A stretch of 64,000 bases of DNA from Chthoniobacterales bacterium. Its GTDB lineage: Bacteria > Verrucomicrobiota > Verrucomicrobiia > Chthoniobacterales > Chthoniobacteraceae. Position numbers and translations under genes: made by a program. The notes beneath the pieces were generated by a model. It searched no databases. It saw nothing but the letters and a program-made list of their open reading frames with translations, and was not told the DNA's origin. Positions 1-10,279 of the stretch are shown here, piece by piece (position 1 is the first letter of the stretch; every line of letters begins with the position of its first letter). Location of the stretch: assembly GCA_038207335.1 (NCBI GenBank), contig JBBQZX010000014.1, positions 65,186-129,185 on the forward strand. Reading direction: 5' to 3'.

Positions 1-259
1 GTGCAGCGCTCCAGCGGCGGCGAAAAAACTCGATGCGCGACATCCACGCGACCCGCTCCGGCAGGATCGCGCCGATGCAAAACGGATCGAGATGACTGAC
101 GTGGCTGCACGCGAGAATGCAGCCGCCTTCCACCGCGCCGCGCGAAGCCGTGCGAATACGGATCGTCATCGAGAGCACCGCGCGGATCAGCACCCGCCCG
201 ATGCTGTAAAACACAGGGCTCGGCAGGCGCGTGCGTCTCGCGAGCGGTTGGATTTTCAC
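1..259 (-). CDS. 1-acyl-sn-glycerol-3-phosphate acyltransferase (PlsC/LPLAT family), 5' part only; runs off the window edge
   Basis: Manual translation of the minus strand from GTG at 259: MKIQPLARR...GCILACSHVSHLDPFCIGAILPERVAWMSRIEFF. Contains the HxxxxD acyltransferase motif. Not in the ORF track. Confidence 0.75.
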   Translation of the reverse strand, partial: MKIQPLARRTRLPSPVFYSIGRVLIRAVLSMTIRIRTASRGAVEGGCILACSHVSHLDPFCIGAILPERVAWMSRIEFFRRRWSAA

Positions 260-334
260 GCCCTCCCTCCAGTCGGAAAGTCCCGCCTGCTGCACCCCTC
301 CTCCGCTCGCCTGTGTTCCGTGCGACTCCATTTT

Positions 335-1108
335 TCAGATCAATTGTTCATCCGTCGGGATCACAAACGCATACCCGATTCGCTGCAATTCTTCGATCAC
401 GCGCAGGATGCCCTCCACGCTCCGCGGCCGGCCTTCATGCAGCACCACGATCGCGCCGGGATGCACCTGCCGCAGCACGCGCCGCACGACCGTCTCAGGG
501 TCGCTCGCCAGCCCGTCCCGCCCGCGCACGCTCCACGCGATGAGCCGCATGTCGCGCGCGGCGAGCTCGCGGTGGAGAAAGACGTGCTTCAATCCGACGG
601 GCGAGCGGAACCACCGGCGCACCGTCACACCCGCCCGCGAGAGCGCTTCATCGCAGGCATCCAGCTCGCGCCGAAGCATCGCCGGAAGCAGCCACCAGAA
701 GTGCGACGCCGGGTGCGTGTGCGTGTGATTCGCGAGCGTGTGGCCCGCCGCCTGGCACTGCTCGGCATGTCCCGGCTGCGCGTCGAGACTGCGTCCTTTC
801 ACAAAAAAAGTCGCCCTCACGCCGCGCCGCCGCAGCTCCTCCGCGAGGCCACCGCTCGCCTCGCCCGAGGGTCCGTCATCGATTGTCAGCCAGACCTGTT
901 TTCCCGTCGCCCGGAACCGCGTCACCACCGGCCCGAGCCAGCCGCAGCGCGGTGCAGTGAGCGCGTAAATTAGCGCCGCATGAGCGAGCGCCGCCCCAGC
1001 GATCAGCCCCCACACGTGAAAGCCGGTCGAGAAAACCGCCACCGGCGCGCCCAGATTTGCCAACAGCAGGCCGCGTCGGAGCAAGGTGGGGTGGACAGTA
1101 AGGGCCAT
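335..1108 (-). CDS. Polysaccharide deacetylase (NodB/CE4 family) with N-terminal membrane segments
   Basis: Motifs LTIDDGP, NHTHTH, FRSPVG and VVLHEG; hydrophobic N-terminus. ATG at 1108 chosen over GTG at 1129. Confidence 0.9.
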   Translation of the reverse strand: MALTVHPTLLRRGLLLANLGAPVAVFSTGFHVWGLIAGAALAHAALIYALTAPRCGWLGPVVTRFRATGKQVWLTIDDGPSGEASGGLAEELRRRGVRATFFVKGRSLDAQPGHAEQCQAAGHTLANHTHTHPASHFWWLLPAMLRRELDACDEALSRAGVTVRRWFRSPVGLKHVFLHRELAARDMRLIAWSVRGRDGLASDPETVVRRVLRQVHPGAIVVLHEGRPRSVEGILRVIEELQRIGYAFVIPTDEQLI

Positions 1109-1273
1109 GAACGCGGCGACGTGTACCACGCACTCCGCAACCGCCGCAGCAATTTTTGAAGATCGCCGCGGGTTCAGCGAAAGTGAGGCGCAAGGATTTG
1201 CAGAGGTGCGGTGCTGCGATAGGCTGGCGGGATTTCGGAGGACTCTCGTCCCTCGTCTGAAACGGACACGCCT

Positions 1274-3847
1274 ATGAAAACCATCGTCCTCTTTGCCTCC
1301 GCCCTACTCGCTACGCTCGAGCCGGTTCTGGCGCGGCCGTATTATACTTTCAGCAAGGTCGCCGACAGTGGCGACGGGACGATCACGAATTCGGAATTTC
1401 CCGGCGCGCCCGCGATCAATGCCAGCGGGGTGGTGACCTTTCGAGCGAAGGTGCCGGGGGTGGGCGTGGAAATTTTATCTGGAAGCAGCGCGGATGGAGG
1501 GACGGTCACGACGCTGGCGCAAGTGGGAGCCCAATTCGATGAGCTGGGCGTGCCCGCGATCAATGCGAGCGGGACGGTGGCCTTTCGCGCCACCGATTTG
1601 TCCGCGGCGAACTTTGGCATTTTCACGGTGCCGAGCACGGGCGGAGCGCTCACGACCATCGCGGACAATGCCACCAACTTCGTCAGCTCCGATGACCCGG
1701 CGATCGATGACGCCGGGACGCTTGCCTTCTCGGGTGCCGAGCGGAATGGGGCCGGCGGGGCCAAGTTGACGGGCTTGTATGAAAGCACTGCGCCCGGCAC
1801 GCGGGCGTTGCTTTTTGATACTGATGAGCCGACGGGGGCCTTCAGCGCGGTGGGCATCCGGGCGCTGGAGAATGGTCGGCTTCTTTTCTCCGGCACGCTT
1901 CGGGCGAGCGGTGTGAACGGGACTTACTCGAGCGCGGGCGGCAACCCGACGCGGGTAGCTGGGACCGGCTACGGGTCGGTCAACGCCTCCGGAAAGATCG
2001 CGCTGGTGGAGCCATTGAGCGGCTTCAAGTTCAACGTGGTGACGATCGAGCCGGGGAGAGGCGCGAAGATCTTTACGCAATCGGCGGCGATGGGGCTCTC
2101 AGGCTCACCCAGCACTCCTGCAATTAATGCGGGCGGCGACGTCATTTTCAGCGGGCCGGTGGTGAAAGCCGGAACGTTCCGCTACGGAGTTTTTCGCGGC
2201 CCGCGTTCCGTCGGGGATCGGCTTTTTGGCACCGGGACGCCGCTGTTCGGATCGAAGATCGTCTTTGTGCAGGTATCGAAAGACGCGCTGAACGACAGCG
2301 GGCAGATTGCTTTCGCCTACGGGCTCGTGAACAACCAACTCGGCGTGGCCATCGCGACGCCGACGACGCCCCCCGCACCGCCAGTGCCGGTCGTCGTCGC
2401 GACGAAAGGCGCGACCGTCACGGCGCAGGCGGACGGCTCGACGTATGCGAGTTTCGGTCGGGCGCAGACCGGGGATTTTTCCGGCAAGATCAAGACCGGC
2501 GCGGTCAGCTCCACGGCGATCTTCGGCGATGATGGCCGACTCCTGCTGAAGTCCGGCGCGACCGGCTCGCAACTCATCGGCACCACGCCCGCCAAGCTCG
2601 GCGAGCCGAGCGGCGACTCGGCGCTCGTCGGCTTGAAACCGAATGCCGCGGCTGGCGTGACCACCTCGAATAGCACGCTGCTGCTCACCGGCCTCGCGAG
2701 CGGATGGCCATCATTGAGCGCACGGACCGGGACGATGCAGACCGGCCTGCCCTCCGGCGTGACGATTAAAACTTTCGGCGCGCTCGACGCCCGCGGGACG
2801 GCCGCATTTTTCCTTGCGACGCTGCAAGGCACCGGCATCACCGCGAAAAACAACCTAGCACTCTGCGCATCGCCCGGCGACGGCAGCGTGCGTGTGCTCG
2901 TGAAAAAAGGCGACCTGGTGGATGGAAAAACCGTCTCGCTCATCGGCACTTTGGTCGCCAGCAAAGGCACGCTCGCCGAGGGCCGCTGGCGCGCCGACGA
3001 CACGGACTTCGTCGTGCGCCTGAGCTTCGCCGACAAGAGCCAAGCCGTCTGCCTCATCCCCGCGACCGCCACGGGCCCGGCGGATTGGACGATGGCATTT
3101 GCGAGCGGCGCGGTCAGCAATCTCGCCGCGCTCAACGGCACGACGATTACGAGCTTCGGCCTCCCCGGCTTCGGCCCCGGCGGCACTTGCGCGACGCTCG
3201 CCAATCTCGCCACAGCGACCGCAGGCCCGACCGCCGCCAACAAAGTTGCGCTCATCACCCGCCGCGGCACCGCCACGCCGACGCTGCTCGCGCGCACCGG
3301 CGATACGATCCCTGCAGACGCCGACGGCACGCCTTTGAGCGTCGTGAAAATCAAAACCCTCAGCGACCCCATCGTCGGCGCGAACGGCTCCATCGCCTTC
3401 CTCCTCACCGCCACCGATTCGCACCTCGGAACCTGCATCGCCTATTCCGCAAACGGCCTCACCTGGAGCATCCTCGCCAACACCGGCGCGCTCGCGCCCT
3501 TCGACGGCGCATGGCTCGCATTTAAGTCCCTCGTCCTACCCGACGGCGCGGCTGGCCGGCCCGTCTTTCTTGCGACCTTGAAGCCCGACAAACTCGAAAA
3601 CATCACCACGAAAAACAACCTCAGCCTCTGCGGCATCGACAGCACCGGCCTGCTGCGAAATCTGATGCATACGGGTCAGGAAGTCGTTACCTCCGGCGGC
3701 ACGAAGACGATCAAAACGTTCACGACTTTGCTCCCTGCGACCGGCACCATCGGCGCAGCCAGCGGTCACGATTCCACCGGGAAAGTGAGCGCGCTGGCCA
3801 CCTTCACCGACAACTCGCAAGCGCTCCTGCGCATCACAATTCCGTAG
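1274..3847 (+). CDS. Large secreted protein with NxxGxxAF-type tandem repeats (probable beta-propeller) and a second repetitive C-terminal domain
   Basis: Signal peptide MKTIVLFASALLATLEPVLA; repeats INASGVVTF, INASGTVAF, INAGGDVIF, LNDSGQIAF; Pro-rich linker PTTPPAPPVP. Confidence 0.75.
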   Translation: MKTIVLFASALLATLEPVLARPYYTFSKVADSGDGTITNSEFPGAPAINASGVVTFRAKVPGVGVEILSGSSADGGTVTTLAQVGAQFDELGVPAINASGTVAFRATDLSAANFGIFTVPSTGGALTTIADNATNFVSSDDPAIDDAGTLAFSGAERNGAGGAKLTGLYESTAPGTRALLFDTDEPTGAFSAVGIRALENGRLLFSGTLRASGVNGTYSSAGGNPTRVAGTGYGSVNASGKIALVEPLSGFKFNVVTIEPGRGAKIFTQSAAMGLSGSPSTPAINAGGDVIFSGPVVKAGTFRYGVFRGPRSVGDRLFGTGTPLFGSKIVFVQVSKDALNDSGQIAFAYGLVNNQLGVAIATPTTPPAPPVPVVVATKGATVTAQADGSTYASFGRAQTGDFSGKIKTGAVSSTAIFGDDGRLLLKSGATGSQLIGTTPAKLGEPSGDSALVGLKPNAAAGVTTSNSTLLLTGLASGWPSLSARTGTMQTGLPSGVTIKTFGALDARGTAAFFLATLQGTGITAKNNLALCASPGDGSVRVLVKKGDLVDGKTVSLIGTLVASKGTLAEGRWRADDTDFVVRLSFADKSQAVCLIPATATGPADWTMAFASGAVSNLAALNGTTITSFGLPGFGPGGTCATLANLATATAGPTAANKVALITRRGTATPTLLARTGDTIPADADGTPLSVVKIKTLSDPIVGANGSIAFLLTATDSHLGTCIAYSANGLTWSILANTGALAPFDGAWLAFKSLVLPDGAAGRPVFLATLKPDKLENITTKNNLSLCGIDSTGLLRNLMHTGQEVVTSGGTKTIKTFTTLLPATGTIGAASGHDSTGKVSALATFTDNSQALLRITIP

Positions 3848-3935
3848 GTGGAGAATGCCAGTCGGTTTTATTGCGAAAGGGGCCGCCCTGCTGAGTTGTC
3901 CCCGTCCTGTCGGCGTGTAGTGTCCCGCACCGTTC

Positions 3936-5225
3936 ATGGAAAAAATCTACGACACCGCGATCATCGGCGGCGGGCCTGCGGGCAGCACCGCGGCAGCGCT
4001 TCTCTCTCGCGCGGGCCGCTCGGTCATCGTCCTTGAGCGGGAGAGATTCCCGCGCTTCCACATCGGCGAATCGCTCCTGCCTTATAGTATGCCGATCTTC
4101 GAGCGCCTCGGCCTCCGCGAAGTCCTCGACCGCACCTTTCTTCACAAGCAGGGCGCCGAACTCGCCACCGCATGCGGCGAGCGACGTGTGAAGTTTTTCT
4201 TCAAGAACGGCTTCCGCCTCGACCACGTCTATTCCTACCAGGTCGAGCGCGCGACTTTCGACAAAATGCTCCTCGATCACGCCGCCACAAACGGTGCCGA
4301 AGTGCGCGAAGAAACTGCCGTCGAGGCCGTCGATTTCGACTCCGACGGCGCCACCCTGCAGCTCCGCGGCACGGGCGAAAATCGCACCATCCGCGCCCGA
4401 TATGTCATCGACGCGAGCGGCCGGAACACCCTCCTCGGCTCCCAGTTCAAGCTCAAGCGCAGCTACCCGCACCTCAATAAATTCTCCGTCTTCGCGCACT
4501 TCGACGGCGTCACGCGCGACCCAGGCCCGGACGCCACGCTCACCCGCATGATCCGCGGCGCGGATCGCTGGTTCTGGATGATCCCGCTCGGCGAAAATCG
4601 CATGAGCATCGGCCTCGTCATGGACACTGCGGACTTCAAAAATCTCCGCCGATCGCCCGAGGAAGCCCTCACCGCCGCGCTCGCCGAGCAGCCCACCATC
4701 GCCGCGCGCATGGAAAACGCCGAGCGCGTCTCGCCCGTTCACTCCACCGGCGACTACTCGTATCGCAGCGACAAATTCGCCGGAGACCGATGGCTCCTCG
4801 CTGGCGACGCCGCCGGTTTCATCGACCCCGTTTTCAGCACCGGCGTCTATCTCGCGCTCCTCTCCGGCGAAGGCGCCGCCGACGCCATCGACCTCGCGCT
4901 CCGCAAGCCCCACCGCCGCGCCAGCCGCTTCGCCGCATACGAGCAACGCCTCCTCGGCGCGATGAAACTCTACCTCCGCTTCGTCGATTCCTGGTACACG
5001 CCCGAGTTCGCCGAAGTCATCTCGCAGCCCACTGCGCGCTTCCAGCTCCCCGGCGCGATCAATGCAATCCTCGCCGGAAACATCTCTGGCGGCTTCGCCA
5101 TCTGGTGGCGCATGCAGCTCTTCTATCTCGTGATTTTTCTCCAGCGTTTCTACCCGCTCTGCCCGCGCCTCAGCCTCCGCCCGCAGCCCATCGCCGAGCC
5201 ATCCCCCACCGCGTGCACACATTGA
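3936..5225 (+). CDS. Flavin-dependent halogenase-family NAD(P)/FAD oxidoreductase
   Basis: GGGPAG FAD motif, FPRFHIGESL, candidate catalytic Lys in FLHKQGA, WFWMIP (WxWxIP), GDAAGFIDPVFSTG. Confidence 0.88.
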   Translation: MEKIYDTAIIGGGPAGSTAAALLSRAGRSVIVLERERFPRFHIGESLLPYSMPIFERLGLREVLDRTFLHKQGAELATACGERRVKFFFKNGFRLDHVYSYQVERATFDKMLLDHAATNGAEVREETAVEAVDFDSDGATLQLRGTGENRTIRARYVIDASGRNTLLGSQFKLKRSYPHLNKFSVFAHFDGVTRDPGPDATLTRMIRGADRWFWMIPLGENRMSIGLVMDTADFKNLRRSPEEALTAALAEQPTIAARMENAERVSPVHSTGDYSYRSDKFAGDRWLLAGDAAGFIDPVFSTGVYLALLSGEGAADAIDLALRKPHRRASRFAAYEQRLLGAMKLYLRFVDSWYTPEFAEVISQPTARFQLPGAINAILAGNISGGFAIWWRMQLFYLVIFLQRFYPLCPRLSLRPQPIAEPSPTACTH

Positions 5226-5638
5226 TTTCCCGACTCCTTGCCGCCCTCGCGCTGCTGCTCGCCGGGTGCCAGACGCCGCTCGCATTCCCCACGCCCGACG
5301 CGCAGTGGCGGACCCGCGTCGGCCAGCTCCAATACGTCACGCCCACCCGCTCCATCATCGGCGATTGCGTCGTTTCGCGGCACGGCACCGACTTCCAGCT
5401 CGACTTCCGCACCGGCCCCGGATTCCCGCTTTTGCGCCTCTGGAGTTCGGGGGGAAAAGCGCGCGCTGAGGGTGTCATTGCGCGTGGCTCGTGGCAGGGA
5501 GACCCATCGCATCCTCCGCAAAAGCTCGTCGGTTTCCTCAAGCTCCCGGCCGCGCTCGCCGCGCAAAATCACACCTCGCGAGTCACCGTAAATTCCGCCG
5601 AAACCGGCGAGCGATTCACTTTCGTCTTCTCGAAATAA
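5213..5638 (+). CDS. Small lipoprotein of unknown function
   Basis: 3' part of ORF 4790..5638 from GTG 5213: hydrophobic signal with lipobox LLAGC. Overlaps the halogenase stop codon (operon). Confidence 0.7.
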   Translation: MHTLISRLLAALALLLAGCQTPLAFPTPDAQWRTRVGQLQYVTPTRSIIGDCVVSRHGTDFQLDFRTGPGFPLLRLWSSGGKARAEGVIARGSWQGDPSHPPQKLVGFLKLPAALAAQNHTSRVTVNSAETGERFTFVFSK

Positions 5639-5654
5639 CAGACTCATCGGCCGC

Positions 5655-8147
5655 ATGAGTCTGGATCGCACCGTCGCCCATTTCGTCACCCACCGCCGCC
5701 GCCTCATCGGCGTCGGCGTCGCGCTGCTCGTCGTCGCCTCGCTGCTCCTCATCGTCCTCCGGGGCGAGCTCGCATCCGACATTCTCGACCTCCTTCCGCA
5801 GCACTTCGACTCAGTTCAAACCTTCAAGATCTACGACCGCGAATTCAGCCAGGGACGCGAACTCACATTCGTCATCGAGGACGAAACCGGCGCCGCCGAC
5901 CTCGACGCGTTCGCCTCGTTTTTTGGAGAAATGCTCGGCCACGAGCCGGGCATCGTCCGCGTCATGGATCACGCGCTCACCGACAGCGAAGACGGCGTGC
6001 ACGAAGTCCAATCCATCGCCGCCCCGCTGCTGCTAAATCTCGAACCCGCCGAATTCTCCACCGCCATCACAGCGCTGGCTCCCGCCGCAATCGAGGCGCG
6101 ACTGAAGCGCCTGCGCGAGTCACTCGAAGCCGGTTCGCCGAAAGCCGAAATGGAACTCGAGCTCGACCCACTCGGCCTCGTCACGCCTGCATTGAAGCCA
6201 CTCTCCGGCTCATTCTCGCTCGAAAAAGCGCAGCCCCTCGCCTCGCCCGACGGCACGCTGCGGCTCGTCCTCGCCATCACCGACCAAACCGATCTTGGCG
6301 CGCACGCGTGCCAGGCCACCATGCGACGCATTCACGAGTTCACCGCCCGTGCGCTCGCTGCTTGGAGCGCCGCCGGCCACGACGAGCCACCTCCGCGCGT
6401 CCTCGTCACCGGCCGCACCGCATACGTCGCGGAACTCTCGTTGAAGATGCGCAGCGACATCGTCTGGACGCTCCTCAGCTCCATTGTACTCGTCGCGTTT
6501 ACATTTTACGCCGGCTTCCGCCAGCTCCGTCCGCTGCTCGCGATCATGCACGTTCTGCTTCTCTGCTGCATCGTCGGCATCGCCGCGGGCGTCCTCATTT
6601 TCCACTCGCTGAATATGATCACGATCGGCCTCTGCTCGATCCTCATCGGCCTCGGCGTCGATTTCGGAATGCTCCTTTTCGGCATCTACCAGATCGAGCG
6701 CAACGCCGGGCACGACCACGAGACAGCCGTCGCATCCGCGCTCAAACACCACGGCAGCGGCATCATCTTTGGCGCGCTCACCAGCGCCGCAGCATTCCTC
6801 TGCCTCGTGCTCAGCGAATGCGCGGGCTTCATCCAGCTCGGCGTCCTCATCGCGTTCGGCATCCTCTTCGCCGCGCTGTTCATGATGACGGTTTTCTTTG
6901 TCCTCCTCCCGCGCAAACACCGCCCGCGCAGCGACGACTGGATGCGCACCGGCAGCCACAAATTCGTTCGCGCCGTCCTCGCCTCGCCGCGCGCATTTGT
7001 TCTCGCCGGCGCAGCGCTCCTCGTCGCCCTCACCGCCTTCTGCTTCACCCCGGCGGGTCGGGTAAAATTCGAGGCAAACCCCAAATCGCTCGAGCCGCGA
7101 AACAGCCGCGCCGGCGAGGCCATGCGCCTCATTCAGTCGAAGATGCCAGCCGTCGGCGAACCGCTCATCGCGCTCGTCAGCGCACCCGACGCCGAGCGTT
7201 TCCACGACGACTGGAGCCGGGTCAACACGGCTTGGGCGTCACTCGCCTCCGCGCAGAAAATTCGTAGCGTCGCGACGCCGTCCGCCTTCGCCCTCTCCCC
7301 AGAGCGCGCGCGCGCCAATGCTGCATCCATCGGCCTTCCGCAGCTTTCCGCCGCCCGCGACGCGCTCACAAAGACTCTCACCCGCGAGGGGCTCAGCCCC
7401 GCTTCCTTCGCCTCGGCATTCACCCTCCTCGACTCGCTCGAAGCCGCCGTCCACGGCAACTTCGACCTCCTCGACTGGCACAAATCCCTGCCCATCAATT
7501 CGAGCTGGTGGTTCATCCTCGACCGCTTCCTCGGCGACAGCCCAAACGTCGGGATGGCCTACGTCACGCCCCTCCAGCCCCTCACCTCCTTCGAGCAAAA
7601 AGAAACCCTCCGCCGCCTCCTCGAGGTCCCCGGCGTCGAGACCCACATCTCCGGCTGGACGTACACGCTCGCCGATTTGCTCCCGTGGTCGAAAGGCAAA
7701 GTCGTCCTCCTCACCAGCGTCATGCTCGGCCTGAATGTCCTTCTTTTGCTCTTCCTCTACCGCAGCTTTTTCCCGCTCGCGATCCTCATGCTCAGCCTCG
7801 CGCTCTCTGTCGGCGCCATGCTCGCCACGCTGCAAATCTGCGGAGTCGCGCTCAATCTTTTCAACGTCCTCGCACTCCCGCTCGTGCTCGGCGTTGGCGT
7901 CGATTACGGCATCTACATCGTCATCGCCATGCGCGCACCGGGCGACATCGACCGCTCACTTTCCACCATCGTGAAGCCCGTCCTGCTCAGCGGCCTCACC
8001 ACCGCGGTCGGCTTCGGCTCCCTCGCCACCGCGCAGAATCCCGCGCTCCGCGGCCTCGGCTTCGTCTGCGCCACCGGAGTCGCATGGTGCCTTTTCTCCA
8101 CCCTCTTTTTCATCCTCCCCGCCTACGTCTGGCGGCAGAAAAAGTAA
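5655..8147 (+). CDS. MMPL/RND-family lipid exporter
   Basis: Two repeats of TM + periplasmic domain + TM bundle; GLGVDFG and GVGVDYG motifs; LTSAAAF and LTTAVGFGSL. Confidence 0.9.
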   Translation: MSLDRTVAHFVTHRRRLIGVGVALLVVASLLLIVLRGELASDILDLLPQHFDSVQTFKIYDREFSQGRELTFVIEDETGAADLDAFASFFGEMLGHEPGIVRVMDHALTDSEDGVHEVQSIAAPLLLNLEPAEFSTAITALAPAAIEARLKRLRESLEAGSPKAEMELELDPLGLVTPALKPLSGSFSLEKAQPLASPDGTLRLVLAITDQTDLGAHACQATMRRIHEFTARALAAWSAAGHDEPPPRVLVTGRTAYVAELSLKMRSDIVWTLLSSIVLVAFTFYAGFRQLRPLLAIMHVLLLCCIVGIAAGVLIFHSLNMITIGLCSILIGLGVDFGMLLFGIYQIERNAGHDHETAVASALKHHGSGIIFGALTSAAAFLCLVLSECAGFIQLGVLIAFGILFAALFMMTVFFVLLPRKHRPRSDDWMRTGSHKFVRAVLASPRAFVLAGAALLVALTAFCFTPAGRVKFEANPKSLEPRNSRAGEAMRLIQSKMPAVGEPLIALVSAPDAERFHDDWSRVNTAWASLASAQKIRSVATPSAFALSPERARANAASIGLPQLSAARDALTKTLTREGLSPASFASAFTLLDSLEAAVHGNFDLLDWHKSLPINSSWWFILDRFLGDSPNVGMAYVTPLQPLTSFEQKETLRRLLEVPGVETHISGWTYTLADLLPWSKGKVVLLTSVMLGLNVLLLLFLYRSFFPLAILMLSLALSVGAMLATLQICGVALNLFNVLALPLVLGVGVDYGIYIVIAMRAPGDIDRSLSTIVKPVLLSGLTTAVGFGSLATAQNPALRGLGFVCATGVAWCLFSTLFFILPAYVWRQKK

Positions 8148-9031
8148 TGCTCCGCGCGCTCTACAGCCTCGGCGCATTCAAGATCGCCCTCGCGCTCGCG
8201 CGCTACCTGCCGCGCGCTCTTAACCACGAAATCGCGCCGCTCGCCGGGCGCATCGGATACTGGCGCAACCCCGCCGGACGCGCCGCACTCCGCGCAAATC
8301 TCAGCCGCGTCACCGATCGCACCGGCCCGGATTTCGATGCCCTCTGCGCGCTCAACGTGCGTCGATTCAGCCAAATGATGGCCGACTACTTTGTCTGCGC
8401 AAACGACGACAAACGCGCCGAACAACTGCTCGGGGAATGGCGCGGCTGGGATAATATCGAGGCCGCGCGAGCCCGTGGAAAAGGCGTGATCCTCGTCACC
8501 GCCCATCTCGGAAACTGGGAACTCGGCGGCACCCTGCTCGCGCTCCGCGGCCTCCCGATGAGCATCATCACGCTCGAAGAACCCACCGGCGAACTCCAGC
8601 GCTGGCGCGCCGAGCGGCGCCGCAGGCTTGGCATCAAAACGATCACCGTCGGCCCCGGGCACGATTTTGCGTTCGTCGAAATGATCCAGGCCCTCAAGCG
8701 CAACGAAGTCCTCGCGATGCTCGTCGATCGCCCCTACCCCGGCACCGGCACGCCAGTAAAACTCTTCGGCGACACCACCGAATTTTCAACCGGCCCCGCG
8801 CTCCTCTGGCAGCACACCGACGCCGCAGTCGTCCCCGCGTTCGTCCTGCGAAACGAGCGCACAAAATACGTCTCTTTCGCCGACCCGATGCTCCCCCTCA
8901 CCTCCGCCGAAGACCCCCGCACCGCACAACTTTCCAACACCCAACTCATTGCCACCTATTTTGAAAACATCATCCGCCAACACCCCGACCAGTGGTTCAA
9001 CTACGTCCCAGTTTTCACGTCCGACCTGTAA
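8147..9031 (+). CDS. Lipid A lauroyl/myristoyl (LpxL-like) lysophospholipid acyltransferase
   Basis: ATG at 8147 overlaps the MMPL stop (TAATG); motifs GVILVTAHLGNWE, MLVDR, IRQHPDQW. Confidence 0.88.
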   Translation: MLRALYSLGAFKIALALARYLPRALNHEIAPLAGRIGYWRNPAGRAALRANLSRVTDRTGPDFDALCALNVRRFSQMMADYFVCANDDKRAEQLLGEWRGWDNIEAARARGKGVILVTAHLGNWELGGTLLALRGLPMSIITLEEPTGELQRWRAERRRRLGIKTITVGPGHDFAFVEMIQALKRNEVLAMLVDRPYPGTGTPVKLFGDTTEFSTGPALLWQHTDAAVVPAFVLRNERTKYVSFADPMLPLTSAEDPRTAQLSNTQLIATYFENIIRQHPDQWFNYVPVFTSDL

Positions 9032-9035
9032 TTTC

Positions 9036-9698
9036 GTGAAATCCCTCACCGCAATTTTCGCGACACTTCTCTTCGCTCCGCTCGCGCACGCCGCCGAACT
9101 AACCCCGGCCGACACCACCGAAGTCCTCCAAAAACTCGAGCAACGCCGCGCCAAAGCCCCCTCCCTAACCGCCGATTTTTCCGAGGAAAAAACGACGCAC
9201 CTGCTGAACAAACCGCTCGTCAGTAACGGCACGCTTTCCTTCCTCGCCCCGGGCAAATTCCGCCGCGAAGTCAAAGGATCAAATCCCAGCCTCACCGTCA
9301 GCAACGGCGAGAAGCTTTGGATTTTCTACCCCAACTTCAACGAGGTCGAACTCTACCAACTCGGCGAGCGTGCCTTTTTCGACGACGCCATCGCCGCGCT
9401 CACCGCCGGTCTGAATTTCAACCGCGTCGCCGACTTCTACAAACTCCACGCCTTCGCCGAAAACGGCGGATACCGCTTCGTCCTCACCCCCCGCGCCAGC
9501 GGCGCCAAACGCGTCGTCCGCGAAATCACCGTCTGGCTGGACGACGACTTCAAGATCCAGCGCACCGAGGCCACGCTCCCCAAAGGCGACCACGTCACCA
9601 CCACCTACCGCAACCAGCGCACCACCCCCGTCCCCCCCACCGCCTTCGAGTTCACCCCACCCCCCGCCGCCCACCTCACCCAACCACTCGGAAAGTAA
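9036..9698 (+). CDS. lolA: LolA-family outer-membrane lipoprotein carrier
   Basis: GTG start with signal peptide; LTADFSEEK, GTLSFLAPGKFRRE, VSNGEKLWIFYP, C-terminal FEFTPP. Confidence 0.8.
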   Translation: MKSLTAIFATLLFAPLAHAAELTPADTTEVLQKLEQRRAKAPSLTADFSEEKTTHLLNKPLVSNGTLSFLAPGKFRREVKGSNPSLTVSNGEKLWIFYPNFNEVELYQLGERAFFDDAIAALTAGLNFNRVADFYKLHAFAENGGYRFVLTPRASGAKRVVREITVWLDDDFKIQRTEATLPKGDHVTTTYRNQRTTPVPPTAFEFTPPPAAHLTQPLGK

Positions 9699-9825
9699 GC
9701 GCCCATCGGCATCCCCAGCCATCGCCCCTCTCGCGTTACCCAAAATTCAACCTCCCGCCAACCACACCCGGCAGAAAATGAATTTACAACCGCGTCCAAA
9801 AACCTACCTTCTGCCCTCCGCTTTT

Positions 9826-9896
9826 TGCCAGATGGTGTAACGGTAGCACAAACGACTCTGACTCGTTTTGTCTAGGTTCGAATCCTAGTCTGGCAG
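9826..9896 (+). tRNA. tRNA-Gln: tRNA-Gln (anticodon CTG)
   Basis: Acceptor stem TGCCAGA/TCTGGCA; anticodon arm AACGA-CTCTGAC-TCGTT with CTG at 9858-9860; T arm CTAGG-TTCGAAT-CCTAG. CCA is not encoded. Confidence 0.95.
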
Positions 9897-10279
9897 CTCT
9901 TTTTTTTGGAGAACACACTCTGGAATGCTGATGGATACAAGTTTTTCGGGCGATGGATCGTGTTCTCATTCATGCTCATTCGTTGCCATTTTCTACCATT
10001 AAACGCCGTAATTTTGGCACTCACCTGGAACTGACTCGGAAGTGCGGGAGCGGGCTTGGCGTTCGTTCGTCTCGCCTGCACGATGGATTAAGATTGTCCG
10101 AGGGTGTGCTCGTGCTCGGTCTGCAAATCGCGCACACGCACGTATTTCTCCACTAAGTCTGGCGAACCTTCGACGCTGAGGCTCGCATGGGCGCGTGAGG
10201 ATGTAAGTTGGTGTCACCCTGATCGGGAAAGGTTCACAAGCGGCGAAGCCGAGAGATTGACGAAGAGGACAAGAACTGA

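Noticed and set aside
3834..5285. 483-aa minus-strand ORF, and similarly 92..973 (+)
   Set aside because: Antisense to the motif-supported halogenase and deacetylase genes.
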